The position numbers and the translations under genes were made by a program. This document shows positions 13,978 to 30,088 of a stretch of DNA of 64,000 nucleotides, one piece after another. Within the stretch, counting starts at the first letter, position 1. Every line of letters starts with the position of its first letter. The notes beneath the pieces were generated by a model. It was not told the DNA's origin. It searched no databases and saw only the letters and a program-made list of their open reading frames with translations. This stretch comes from Macrostomum lignano. Taxonomy: Eukaryota. The stretch is from NCBI GenBank assembly GCA_002269645.1, contig NIVC01002054.1, forward strand, positions 124,001 to 188,000, in the 5' to 3' direction.

Positions 13978-14213
13978 ATGCCGTCTATAATAAACCATAC
14001 TTCAGTCATAGCTGGATATTTTAATGGGTTATTGTCATTGACACTTGCTTTTGCGTCAGCTTTTGCCTTTAGGGTTTGTTCACCCTGGCCAGCATTAAAT
14101 AAATGACCTCGGAATCATTGATATTCAAGTAAAACTGCATGTGTGATCACAGACAATCTGGTCTCGATTGATAGCCGTGTGGACAACCCTTTATCATGTT
14201 GAAGAAGCTACTA

Positions 14214-14437
14214 CACCTTTTCACGTTCAATTTTGAACAAAGTCCAGTTCTAAAAAAACTAGCGGAAATTCAATTCAGACAATTCAGACTGGGGCAACAA
14301 ACCCCAGTTCAAAACATTCTGCTACGGAAGCGAGGTTTAGCCATAGACAAAATTGTCCCCAGTCTGAATTGTCTGAATTGAATTTCCGCTAGTTTTTTTA
14401 GAACTGGACTTTGTTCAAAATTGAACGTGAAAAGGTG
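14214..14437. mobile_element. Palindromic MITE, 224 bp, 81-bp perfect terminal inverted repeats, TA-flanked (Tc1/mariner-type signature)
   Basis: 14214-14294 is the exact reverse complement of 14357-14437; TA dinucleotides at 14212-14213 and 14438-14439. Confidence 0.9.
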
Positions 14438-15060
14438 TAACGAGACTTCTTATCTATTATTAATTAAAAAACTCATTGCATCCGATGAACTGTTTAGATG
14501 ATTCAGAAGAGTTTATTGCAGGAGTAATAGCTAATTTTTGCAAAATTTGTGGCTTGTTTTATTAGTTAAATGAACATTAATTATCTCGTGCTAATCGGGA
14601 GAATCGGAGTTTAGAAAACGTATGAAAGCAGTCCTGCAGCCTAGATGTATGAATTTTTTTGATTTGTTGATGATTTGGACATGCATTGGCGTATCCTAGC
14701 TATATAGTATAGTGATCGATTTATTTCTTCATGAGGGTGTACAAAGTACACGTACATATAAGCTTGCTTAAATAGCAAAGTGTATGTACACATGTTGCAA
14801 TCGTAACTATAAGCTAGGAACCGCCGGCTCAAGTGAGTGTGCAGTGTACATGTAAAATTCATGAATATGAAAAATGATTCTATAGTGATGAGAAACAAAA
14901 GCTCATACATGTACATGAGAAACAATTACACATACAGTCTTACATACATTTAATGTACATCGAACATGTAACATCAGCAGCAGCGTGCGGTTCTAGCCAA
15001 AACTGAAACAACATCGATCTGCGATGATCTTTGCTCCCGCGATGCAAGATACTCGCGTAT

Positions 15061-15756
15061 TTATGGATTATCGTCGTCGGCACTCGGACCGCTAACGACA
15101 TCGCCAATGAAAATGTCGGCCCTAAAGGCTCCAGTGTCTGGCGATATCATGGACGGTCGCTCCTCATCGACAGCTCTTTCAGATTTGATATCCAAGCTGC
15201 TCATTGTGGATCGACTTGATATTGAGCCGACGTCTGACTGCTCATATTCAGTGTTTTCATCGGCGGTTGCAACGTCGCATTCTATTACCAATGATTTCTT
15301 GAATTCTTGCTGTTTTGTCGGTTTCAAAATCGTTTCGAGCTGTTGAGCAGCTTGCTCTCCTTGCTGAGCTGGCAATTGCTGCTTCTGCTGAGTCTTGAGT
15401 ACCTTGATCTCTTCCACGGCTAACTTGATTTTATTGACAACGAATGCTATGTCAGGATAGACATGGTCCTTGCTAGTTTGACAGACCGGACTATTTGACG
15501 TGCTGATGTACACGTCGAACGAACCGTAAGATCCCATCTCGACTAGCAGATTCTCAAACGGAAACGATTCAATTTGAAATCGGAGCCGACGATGCAACTC
15601 GCGCAGAGCCACCTGGCTCAGGTGATATGTTGAAGTGATGACCCTAACTTCCGGATAAAGTGCTTTAGAATTGTCCTGCTGCGGTACGATTGTAGTCACG
15701 GTTGACGGCTTGAACGACTGGCCTCCTGACTTTGATCTCAGATGCTTTGCTGACAT
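15061..15756 (-). CDS. Intronless 231-aa uncharacterised protein; N-terminal half resembles an Rdx (SelW/SelT/MIEN1)-like fold, C-terminal half acidic and low-complexity
   Basis: ATG-to-stop, non-repetitive ORF with exon-like GC content inside AT-rich DNA. The fold resemblance is by eye only. Confidence 0.6.
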   Translation of the reverse strand: MSAKHLRSKSGGQSFKPSTVTTIVPQQDNSKALYPEVRVITSTYHLSQVALRELHRRLRFQIESFPFENLLVEMGSYGSFDVYISTSNSPVCQTSKDHVYPDIAFVVNKIKLAVEEIKVLKTQQKQQLPAQQGEQAAQQLETILKPTKQQEFKKSLVIECDVATADENTEYEQSDVGSISSRSTMSSLDIKSERAVDEERPSMISPDTGAFRADIFIGDVVSGPSADDDNP

Positions 15757-16035
15757 TTGAGTTGGATGTAAAAGTACACAAATTTTGTGCTTTAATTACA
15801 AATTGTTTTCAGAATTGAGATGTTAATTGATTTTATTATACAGCTGAGGCTCAACTGAAACTGCAAGTTGAAGCCATAGACAAGAAGCTTTGAAAACTTG
15901 ACCAATGAAATTCAGAGTTAAAACTCTAATTGGGTGTCAAGGGTCTCCTTATTTTAATGTATGAGGCTTCGAACTAAGCCTAAGGTTCCGTGTCTGGACT
16001 CGACTCTACGCTGCATGGATGGTCAATGGAACCTT

Positions 16036-16616
16036 TCATTTGCTCTCGCTTGAGCTCACTCATGAACTCACTCATGAACTCACTCATGAACTCACTCATG
16101 AACTCACTCATGAACTCACTCATGAACTCTCTCATGAACTCACTCATGAACTCACTCTTGAACTCACTCATGAACTCACTCTTGAACTCACTCATGAACT
16201 CTCTCATGAACTCACTCATGAACTCTCTCATGAACTCACTTATGAACTCACTCATGAACTCACTCATGAACTTACTCATGAACTCACTCATGAACTCACT
16301 CATGAACTCACTCATGAACTCACTCACGAACTCACTCATGAACTCACTCATGCATTCACTCATGAACTCAGTCACGAACTCGTGAACTAATTATTTCACT
16401 CATGAGCTCGCTCATGAACTCACTCATGAACTCACTCATGAACTCACTCATGGACTCACTCATGAACTCACTCATGAACTCACTCATGAACTCACTCATG
16501 GACTCACTCATGAACTTACTCATGAACTCACTCATGAACTCATTCATGAACTCATTCATGAACTCACTTATGAACTCACTCATGAACTCACTCATGAACT
16601 CACTCATGAACTCATG
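16036..16616. repeat. 12-bp minisatellite (gaactcactcat)
   Basis: Tandem copies, briefly interrupted near 16380-16400; source of the ELTH/MSEF ORFs. Confidence 0.96.
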
Positions 16617-17214
16617 AAATAAAGCCTTCAGATATTTTTAAATTTATATATTTGTACCGTACGTAGTAAACATAAGTTCTATCGATAGTGACCTTAACTG
16701 ACTACTTTTTCAAACTCAGTGGGATAACAGGAGTTTTTTACACAACATACATATTCGCCCGATAATGTCATTATTTCGACAAGTCAAGCTGACAGAAGCA
16801 CAAAACTTAATGAAATAAAATTGGTTGTCTTTGATACCCAAAACAAGTGAGTGACAGGCTTGTAGTGATTCCAAAAGTTCCTCGTAGTTAGTTAGTTAGT
16901 CCCTAGGATTGACGTTAGTTAAAACAGAACTAACTCTAAATGACACAGACGTGAAATTGCATGCGCTTATCGGGGTATCAAATGCGGTATTAAAAATTGT
17001 GTGCTGAAGCCGGCCACAAAATTTTGAATGTATCGATCGCGCTGAAATTCCGCAACAGGTCTTTTTGGAATATAGCTCGTAAAAATAAAATGCGGATATT
17101 CAATACCATTGTTGAGCGGCTATTTTGTTCAATTCGCCTGAAAGGTGAGGACCAATGTTATTTTAAAAGGCGGTCTGATTTTATTGACGTCAAATTTTTG
17201 TCATTCCTTGTTCC

Positions 17215-17475
17215 CGCACCTGTCTGTTTATCCCTAGGCCTGTCTGTTTATGCCTAGGCCTGTCTGTTTATCCCTAGCCTTGTCTGTTTATCCCTAGACC
17301 TGTTGTCTGTTTATCCCTAGGCCTGTCTGTTTATCCCTAGACCTGTCTGTTTATCCCTAGACCTGTCTGTTTATCCCTAGACCTGTCTGTTTATCCCTTG
17401 ACCAGTCTGTTTGTCCCTAGCCCTGTCTGTTTGTCCCTAGTCCAGTCTGTTTGTCCCTAGTCCAGTCTGTTTGTC
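17215..17475. repeat. 20-bp minisatellite (tgtctgtttatccctagacc)
   Basis: About 12 copies. Confidence 0.92.
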
Positions 17476-17823
17476 CCCGCACCATCCTATCACACGGCTT
17501 ATCCAAATCAAGGATTTATTGATCAAAATTTCACACGTCAACATGATATGCTTTCCATCATATCGATTTTTCTCGGTTCATATCACCATACATCTGAGCA
17601 TCGCTTGTTGCATACAGGAATTTTTATTTTGCTTTTTCTGTCACTTTTATTGCACTTCTCTTTTGCCAGCCAATCAAGCGACAGGTAACTCACTAAATCC
17701 GGAGACCCTACTAAACCAACCCGATGCTTAGATATAAACTTGAGCGACCATTCAAACTTGGCATTGTAGAAAGCTTGCTCAGCCACCTAGCAGACTCAAA
17801 GTTTTCTCAACTCATAGCTCGAC

Positions 17824-22764
<4,941 letters not shown>

Positions 22765-23019
22765 CTGTTTAGTTAGAAGATTTCTGCTTGGCTATAAAGA
22801 TCATAATGTTGTCACATAAGGATCGGCCTCAAATGCCGTTAATCTTAAAACAGAGAAACTGTCGATCAAGACACGTGAAAATGAGATCCATCCGATCCAA
22901 AAATGTAAACAGAAACAAGGTGTCAGTCAGCTTATTACTTAATGATTGCCTTCCAATACAAGTGATCTATCATGATGAAAGTGACTGGTTTTTGTTAGTC
23001 TCTTTTGAACGGACCAAAT

Positions 23020-24025
23020 GACTGAGTGAGCGGAGAGGCAGATTCCCAATGACTGAGTGAGTGGAGAGGCAGATTCTCAATGACTGAGTGAGCGGAGAAG
23101 CAGATTCTCAGTGACTGAGTGAGCGGAGAGACAGATTCTCAGTGACTGAGTGAGCGGAGAGGCAGATTCTCAATGACTGAGTGAGCAGAGAGGCAGATTC
23201 TCAATGACTGAGTGAGCAGAGAGGCAGATTCTCAGTGACTGAGTGAGCGGAGAGGCAGATTCTCAATGACTGAGTGAGCAGAGAGGCAGATTCTCAATGA
23301 CTGAGTGAGCGGAGAGGCAGATTCTCAATGACTGAGTGAGCGGAGAGGCAGATTCTCAATGACTGAGTGAGTGGAGAGGCAGATTCTCAATGACTGAGTG
23401 AGCGGAGAGGCAGATTCTCAATGACTGAGTGAGCGGAGAGGCAGATTCTCAGTGACTGAGTTAGCGAAGAGGCAGATTCTCACTGACTGAGTGAGCGGAG
23501 AGGCAGATTCTCAATGACTGAGTGAGCGGAGAGGCAGATTCTCAGTGACTGAGTGAGCGGAGAGGCAGATTCTCAATGACTGAGTGAGCGGAGAGGCAGA
23601 TTCTCAATGGCTGAGTGAGCGGAGAGGCAGATTCTCAATGACTGAGTGAGCGGAGAGGCAGACTCTCAGTGACTGAGTGAGCGGAGAGGCAGATTCTCAC
23701 TGACTGAGTGAGTGGAGAGGCAGATTCTCAATGACTGAGTGAGCGGAGAGGCAGATTCTCAATGACTGAGTGAGCGGAGAGGCAGATTCTCAGTGACTGA
23801 GTTAGCGAAGAGGCAGATTCTCAGTGACTGAGTTAGCGAAGAGGCAGATTCTCAATGACTGAGTGAGCGGAGGGGCAGATTCTCAATGACTGAGTGAGCG
23901 GAGAGGCAGATTCTCAGTGACTGAGTTAGCGAAGAGGCAGATTATCAATGACTGAGTGAGCGGAGGGGCAGATTCTCAATGACTGAGTGAGCGGAGAGGC
24001 AGATTCTCAGTGACTGAGTAAGCGG
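23020..24025. repeat. 31-bp minisatellite (aatgactgagtgagcggagaggcagattctc)
   Basis: About 32 copies with non-unique variation; no spacers, so not a CRISPR array. Confidence 0.96.
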
Positions 24026-24629
24026 GGGAGAGGCAGATTCCCAGAGGCGGCTTCAAAACGGTAAAATTCTTAAACAAAAGTAAAAACTCTGCCCTTCTGT
24101 TATTTCCCGTCGGGTTTCCTGCTAGCAACGCTAATTAGCCCAATAACGTGCAAAGGAATAATTAAAAACTGCAATCAGATCTAAGTAGGAAAGTAGGAAA
24201 AGTTTGAAAAGATAACCTTGTCTTCTGAGGTATTTTTACGAGTTGTCGAAATTCATTTCAACGAGACTAAGGATGAGCTTTAATGAGCAGGTATGAAGGT
24301 ATGTAGAAGTATATATTACTAAGTAGGCATTATAGCGAGCCTAATGTCGGGACACGGACACACAGAAGATCATTTGATGATAACAGCAAGACTTTATATC
24401 CCAGAAAATGAGCGGCTATTAGAGAACGCTATTTGACAGGAAGGAGCGACAATATTTCGAGCAGGTTAATAATATATTCATTAAATTCATAATTTGTGTG
24501 GCAGTTTTGTTCGCTAGAGAAAGTAATTAATTGATGTCATAAAAAATTTGACCGCAACAGGTTAAGGCGCGAACTTCAATAGATTTACTATGATAGTTTC
24601 TTTAATCTGCAACTTTTGTAGCTTGCACT

Positions 24630-25005
24630 CGATTCTCATGATGGTTTGCAGGCGATTCTCATGATGGTTTACAGGCGATTCTCATGACGGTTTACAGGCG
24701 ATTCTCGTGGTTTACAGGCGATTCTCATGATGGTTTACAGGCGATTCTCATGATGGTTTACAGGCGATTCTCATGGTGGTTTACAGGCGATTCTCATGAT
24801 GGTTTACAGGCGATTCTCATGGTGGTTTACAGGCGATTCTCATGATGGTTTACAGGCGATTCTCATGGTGGTTTACAGACGATTCTCATGATGGTTTACA
24901 GGCGATTCTCATGATGGTTTACAGGCGATTCTCATGATGGTTTACAGGCGATTCTCATGGTGGTTTACAGACGATTCTCATGACGGTTTATAGGCGATTC
25001 TCATG
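24630..25005. repeat. 23-bp minisatellite (atggtttacaggcgattctcatg)
   Basis: About 16 copies. Confidence 0.95.
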
Positions 25006-25009
25006 ATGG

Positions 25010-26400
25010 ACAGATTTAATCCACGCCTCTTTGCGTACGTCCTGCATGTTCTTGCCCTCTTTCAAGTTGCTTCAGAGGAGGTTCGTGTTTGTTGCTCCAA
25101 AAGTATCGGTAACAATTGTCGATCAAGCTTTGTAGTTCGCGTGTTTCCTTTACAGAACATGGTCTTGTGCTGCAGTAGAACAGCAGAACGCACTCTACGC
25201 AAGCTTCCACGATTTTTGCTGTTTTTTGCTTGTTTTCTTACCTATGCGGCTTTTCGTGTAGCTGAGACCCCTGACCCGTCCTCAAATGCCACCTGCGCGG
25301 CGTTTGCGGTTTTTCAAATCCGCTTGTTTTGTTCCGATCCAGCAGCCGTGGAAGTGGGTCGCCTTGTTGATCTGTCCTTCCAAAGACTGTGTACTTTTCT
25401 ATTTGTCGTCGTTGGTGTGTTCTTCGAAGGTGTTCATTTTGGAGTTCACAGTTAAAACGTTCTGGGTACTGCAGCTCTCTGCATAATCTCCCTCCTTTCC
25501 GCGTATGCGATAGCTCGTTGTCACATGCAGGTGGATGTTGGTTTGTAAGAAGCTTCTCTTGAGTCCTAGGCGGTTAAGCATCCTCCATAGCTCAAGTTTA
25601 TTCACGCCTTCTTTAGATCAAGTAGATCTGCTATTTCGGAAGCAGCTTTGGTTTTCACTGAGTATGCTCTCTCTCCGCCAATGTTTTTTGGAAATGTTAT
25701 GCAATAGACTATTTCTTTCTGGGTTTTTTAATCTGCTTCGTTGATCAGGGGCGTCGCCATGGATTTTATGGTGGCGGTGGCGGGCACAAAGCCAATTGAG
25801 TTCAACATGTACATGACTAAATTGCTAAATGTCAATTACTTTGAGAATCTGTGTTTTTAGCGCGCTCATTTTGACGCCTCAGGCACTCATTTTAGCGTCG
25901 AAGGCGCTGTATTTTGGCGCCCTGTTATTGATTTCCACAAGGGGCACACGGGGGGGACAAAGCATTGACACGTCCCCCCATTAGCTTTTACTGGGGGGGG
26001 GACATGTCTCCCCTGTCGTTGATGTTCGTAGCACATCCTTGACTCAATCCTTCTTTGTTGCTGATTCTTTCATCGCTTGCCGAATTTCCTACTCGGTTGG
26101 TCTTGTGTTGATGTTTTGGTTTGCCTCTATTGCTTCCTTGTTTTGTATTATAGGTCATGCATTCTGCCCACTTCGCTGAAGATTTTCTCTCGTTGTATTT
26201 GGAATCGGACTTTCGAAGTGTTCAATGAAGTGCTCTGATCTTTGAGTCCCTGCGTGTGGTTTGCTCGTTCTTTGTGAGTCTCTTTTTGTATGCTTTGTAA
26301 ATTCTGCGGATCTCCCTCGGGCTGCTCGCTTCGACGCTCTCCTATCATTTCTTCCCTTCCCTTTTGTCATCATTAGATTTATGCTTCATTCGTTTACTTG
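25010..26400 (-). mobile_element. Decayed non-LTR retrotransposon (RTE-like LINE) reverse-transcriptase fragments
   Basis: Minus-strand fragments NTRPTE*EIRQAMKRIS, ILSENQSCFRNSRST, LDLKKA, VNKLELWRMLNRLG and EACVECVLLF resemble RT pre-domain and domains 2-3 and the C-terminal region. Many stops, frameshifts and deletions. Confidence 0.72.
25746..26015. mobile_element. 270-bp non-autonomous hAT-type element inserted in the LINE
   Basis: Perfect 8-bp TSD TCGTTGAT at 25738-25745 and 26016-26023; termini CAGGGG...CCCCTG. Confidence 0.8.
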
Positions 26401-26764
26401 CGTCCGCCTTTTGCAAAAAATCTCTACTCTTAATTGGTGATCACGTTTGCTCATTTTCGGCGGCCACTAATTTTGAATTTTTGGAACAGCCATGGACCTT
26501 AATTTACTGAGGTGCATTCTGTTGCGCATAGATTCGAATGATGGTTTCTTGGCGATTTTTTATGAAAATTGTTTAAAGATCAAGAAGAGCTTTGTAATTA
26601 GCAAACAAGACCATCAAAGAGATAAAAAGTAAAATAATTTGTGCTTGAGCGTGCGTGCTGCCTCAGTCGCATTAAAAGTCAAAGCAAACGCATGCCCTGT
26701 GCACGCCACAGAACAAGGCAGAGAAGGTCGCTGAGGGTAACAGACAGACAGCTTTACTTGTGAA

Positions 26765-26850
26765 ACATACCGACAGACAGGCAGACAGACAGACAGACAG
26801 ACAGACAGGCAGGCAGACAGATAGACAGACAGACAGACAGGCAGGCAGAC

Positions 26851-26887
<37 letters not shown>

Positions 26888-26926
26888 GGCAGACATACAG
26901 ACAGGCAGGCAGACAGGCAGGCAGGC

Positions 26927-26963
<37 letters not shown>

Positions 26964-27370
26964 GGCAGACAGACAGACAGGCAGGCAGGCAGGCAGACAG
27001 ACAGACAGACAGACAGGCAGACATACAGACAGACAGACAGACAGGCAGGCAGGCAGACAGACAGACAGACAGACAGACAGGCAGACAGACAGGCAGACAG
27101 ACAGACAGGCAGGCAGGCAGGCAGGCAGACAGACAGACAGACAGACAGACAGACAGGCAGGCAGGAAGACAGACAGGCAGACAGACAGACAGACAGACAG
27201 ACAGACAGGCAGACAGACAGACAGACAGACAGACAGACAGGCAGACAGACAGGCAGACAGACAGACAGGCAGGCAGGCAGGCAGACAGACAGACAGACAG
27301 GCAGACAGACAGACAGACAGACAGGCAGACAGACAGGCAGACAGACAGACAGACAGACAGACAGACAGGC

Positions 27371-27403
<33 letters not shown>

Positions 27404-27856
27404 GGCAGGCAGGCAGGCAGACAGACAGACAGACAGACAGGCGGACATACAGACAGACAGACATACAGGCAGGCAGGCAGGCAGACAGACAGACAGACAG
27501 ACAGACAGACAGGCAGACAGACAGGCAGACAGACAGACAGACAGACAGACAGGCAGACAGACAGGCAGACAGACAGACAGGCAGGCAGGCAGGCAGGCAG
27601 ACAGACAGACAGACAGACAGGCAGGCAGGCAGACAGACAGACAGACAGGCAGGCAGACAGACAGACAGGCAGACAGACAGACAGACAGACAGACAGACAG
27701 GCAGACAGACAGGCAGACAGACAGACAGGCAGGCAGGCAGGCAGACAGACAGACAGACATACAGATAGACAGACAGACAGGCAGACAGACAGACTGACAG
27801 GCAGACAGGCAGACAGACAGATAGACAGACAGACAGGCAGACAGACACAGACAAGC

Positions 27857-27889
<33 letters not shown>

Positions 27890-28104
27890 GGCAGGCAGGC
27901 AGGCAGACAGACAGACAGACAGACAGGCAGACATACAGACAGACAGACAGACAGGCAGGCAGACAGACAGACAGACAGACAGGCAGACAGACAGGCAGAC
28001 AGACAGACAGGCAGGCAGGCAGGCAGGCAGACAGACAGACAGACAGGCAGACAGACAGACAGACAGACAGGCAGGCAGGCAGACAGACAGACAGACAGAC
28101 AGGC

Positions 28105-28137
<33 letters not shown>

Positions 28138-28224
28138 GGCAGACAGACAGACAGGCAGGCAGGCAGGCAGACAGACAGACAGACAGACAGGCAGACAGAC
28201 AGACAGACAGGCAGACAGACAGGC

Positions 28225-28265
<41 letters not shown>

Positions 28266-28380
28266 GGCAGGCAGGCAGGCAGACAGACAGACAGACAGAC
28301 AGGCAGACATACAGACAGACAGACATACAGGCAGGCAGGCAGGCAGACAGACAGACAGACAGACAGGCAGACAGACAGGC

Positions 28381-28413
<33 letters not shown>

Positions 28414-28582
28414 GGCAGACAGACAGGCAGACAGACAGACAGACAGGCAGGCAGGCAGGCAGGCAGACAGACAGACAGACAGACATACAGATAGACAGAC
28501 AGACAGGCAGACAGACAGACTGACAGGCAGACAGGCAGACAGACAGATAGACAGACAGACAGGCAGACAGACACAGACAAGC

Positions 28583-28635
<53 letters not shown>

Positions 28636-28638
28636 GGC

Positions 28639-28669
<31 letters not shown>

Positions 28670-28744
28670 TAGACAGACAGACTGACAGGCAGACAGGCAG
28701 ACAGACAGATAGACAGACAGACAGGCAGACAGACACAGACAAGC

Positions 28745-28801
<57 letters not shown>

Positions 28802-28812
28802 GGCAGACAGAC
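26765..28812. repeat. ~2-kb compound (GACA/GGCA)n microsatellite with higher-order duplications
   Basis: Direct reading; source of the 570-735-aa SVCL pseudo-ORFs. Confidence 0.97.
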
Positions 28813-29239
28813 TTGTTTTCAACAGCAATAAGGCCACAGTTGAGAAAGCAGTGTTTAAAAATTCATTACAGAATAGCAATCAATCACAGTTTCAATACTG
28901 GGTGGAAATGTAGGAATATTTTATTTTCTTAATAACCTCACAATATTGGTAGCAGGTTACCATCGCATGATTTTAAGCAACTAAAATGACGAAGAATACC
29001 ATTACAATTTAATCATTATAAGAATCAACATAAGAATAGAATAGAATAGAAATATAATTGATAATTATTTTAGAAAACAAAAAGTCATTTGTCTTTCAAG
29101 TGACCTTTGATTGTGGAATTGAGCAACAGAGGAAATGTAAAGTTGATATGAACTTATAACTTACAAAAATAGTAATCATAATCAAATATTCAGCAAAGAT
29201 GTTACGAATGAAGAATGAAAAAAAACTTCTTCACGAAAT

Positions 29240-29995
29240 GTAGGGGGAATTCCCCACTGGCTATAAGGGGAATTCTTCACGAAATGTAGGGGGAATTCCC
29301 CACTGGCTATAAGGGGAATTCTCCACTTAATTTAGAGGGTATTCCTTACTTGATGTATGGGGAATTCTTCACTAAATGCGGGAGGAATTCCTCGCTGGCT
29401 GCAAGGGGAATTCTTCGCTTAACTTAGAGGGTATTCCTCACTAAATGTAGGGGGAATTCTTCACTAACTTAGAGGGTATTCCTCACTAAATGTAGGGGGA
29501 ATTCTTCACTTAACTTAGAGGGTATTCCTCACTAAATGTAGGGGGAATTCTTCACTTAACTTAGAGGGTATTCCTCACTAAATGTAGGGGGAATTCTTCA
29601 CTAACTTAGAGGGTATTCCTCACTAAATGTAGGGGGAATTCTTCACTTAACTTGGAGGGTATTCCTCACTAAATGTAGGGGGAATTCTTCACTAACTTAG
29701 AGGGTATTCCTCACTAAATGTAGGGGGAATTCTTCACTAACTTAGAGGGTATTCCTCACTAAATGTAGGGGGAATTCTTCACTAACTTAGAGGGTATTCC
29801 TCACTAAATGTAGGGGGAATTCTTCACTAACTTAGAGGGTATTCCTCACTAAATGTAGGGGGAATTCTTCACTAACTTAGAGGGTATTCCTCACTAAATG
29901 TAGGGGGAATTCTTCACTAACTTAGAGGGTATTCCTCACTAAATGTAGGGGGAATTCTTCACTGGCTTTAGGAGTACTTCTAACTAGCGGTAGGG
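29240..29995. repeat. 45-bp minisatellite (tagggggaattcttcactaacttagagggtattcctcactaaatg), a dimer of ~22-bp subunits
   Basis: Period 45 measured at 29701/29746. Confidence 0.95.
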
Positions 29996-30088
29996 GGAAT
30001 TTCTCAGGGCTGAGGAGGGAATTGTTGCTAATGAATCTAAGCAAATGACTCAACTAATGATTTAAAGCATCTGGAGCTGTGAAAAATC

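Noticed and set aside
26614-28879. Very long ORFs (570-735 aa; also 39172-41142, 32827-34258, 41591-43414, 44457-45695, 47132-48409)
   Set aside because: They are translations of stop-free micro- or minisatellites, mostly inside introns of genes on a defined strand, with no domain content.
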